Part shown: positions 55,741-55,824 of the stretch, piece by piece | Position numbering within the stretch: the first letter of the stretch is position 1 | How the letters are laid out: every line of letters starts with the position of its first letter | From: Vicingaceae bacterium | Lineage (GTDB): Bacteria > Bacteroidota > Bacteroidia > Flavobacteriales_E > Vicingaceae | DNA length: 55,824 bases | NCBI GenBank assembly: GCA_049608005.1 | Contig: JBMYXB010000001.1 | Location: 1-55,824 of the forward strand | Direction: 5' to 3' | Position numbers and translations under genes: made by a program | The notes under the pieces: generated by a model | Databases searched by the model: none | The model's input: the letters and a program-made list of their open reading frames with translations, nothing else | What the model was told of the DNA's origin: nothing

Positions 55741-55824
55741 TTGTGAGGGGTGGGTAATGTGTGGTGGAGCCTTTCCCGCGAAGGCGGGAATCTAGTCACA
55801 GTAAATTACTCTATCTGGACCCCC
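55741..55824. repeat. G/C-rich REP-like element (truncated by the window end)
   Basis: Contains the cccgcgaaggcggg hairpin (ccgc-gaag-gcgg) and G-rich flanks in otherwise AT-rich DNA. Non-coding. Confidence 0.5.

Noticed and set aside
1-55824. Mobile element, prophage, defence island or toxin-antitoxin module
   Set aside because: I recognised no integrase, transposase, recombinase, phage structural gene, Cas, restriction-modification gene, Abi gene, reverse transcriptase or TA-like gene pair. I saw no flanking tRNA or direct-repeat att-like sites. Composition looks uniform apart from the G/C-rich repeat boxes.

Overview
This is an AT-rich chromosomal segment that looks like a Flavobacteriia (Bacteroidota) genome. 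Supporting signs are a C-terminal type IX secretion sorting domain, a GldH-like gliding lipoprotein, TTTG/TAnnTTTG promoter boxes, and G/C-rich palindromic intergenic repeats. I call 39 protein-coding genes from motifs read in the supplied translations; no homology search was possible. Housekeeping genes include hutH, hisS, lpdA, uvrA, ssb, prmA, clpS, a DEAD-box helicase, ttcA, two RluA-type pseudouridine synthases and an ABC exporter. A Wza/Wzc-type polysaccharide locus spans 11.7-21.8 kb. There are also several secreted or envelope proteins. I saw no tRNA, rRNA, CRISPR/cas, integrase, transposase, restriction-modification gene or other recognisable defence gene. The main unexplained structure is a 1.9-kb ORF-free gap between the divergent M61 peptidase and lpdA genes. 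About 1.45 kb of it (8378-9826) is nine tandem copies of a ~160-bp unit. Each unit is built from an inverted pair of 28-nt G-rich boxes. A 640-bp four-unit block is duplicated with 1 mismatch in 655 nt. Distinct hairpins follow the array, one of them terminator-like. The second notable region is a tightly packed prmA / 1484-aa secreted ORF / 2163-aa ORF / clpS cluster. The 2163-aa ORF combines TPR, PD40, a ~1300-aa coiled coil and three SPOR-like domains. Smaller observations are a lipoamide-dehydrogenase paralog lacking both redox cysteines, a Wzc kinase with a Gly-Tyr repeat tail, a tail-less SSB, a GT2 plus GT-C-like membrane protein pair, and phased AAAGT/ACTTT motifs in three leader regions.
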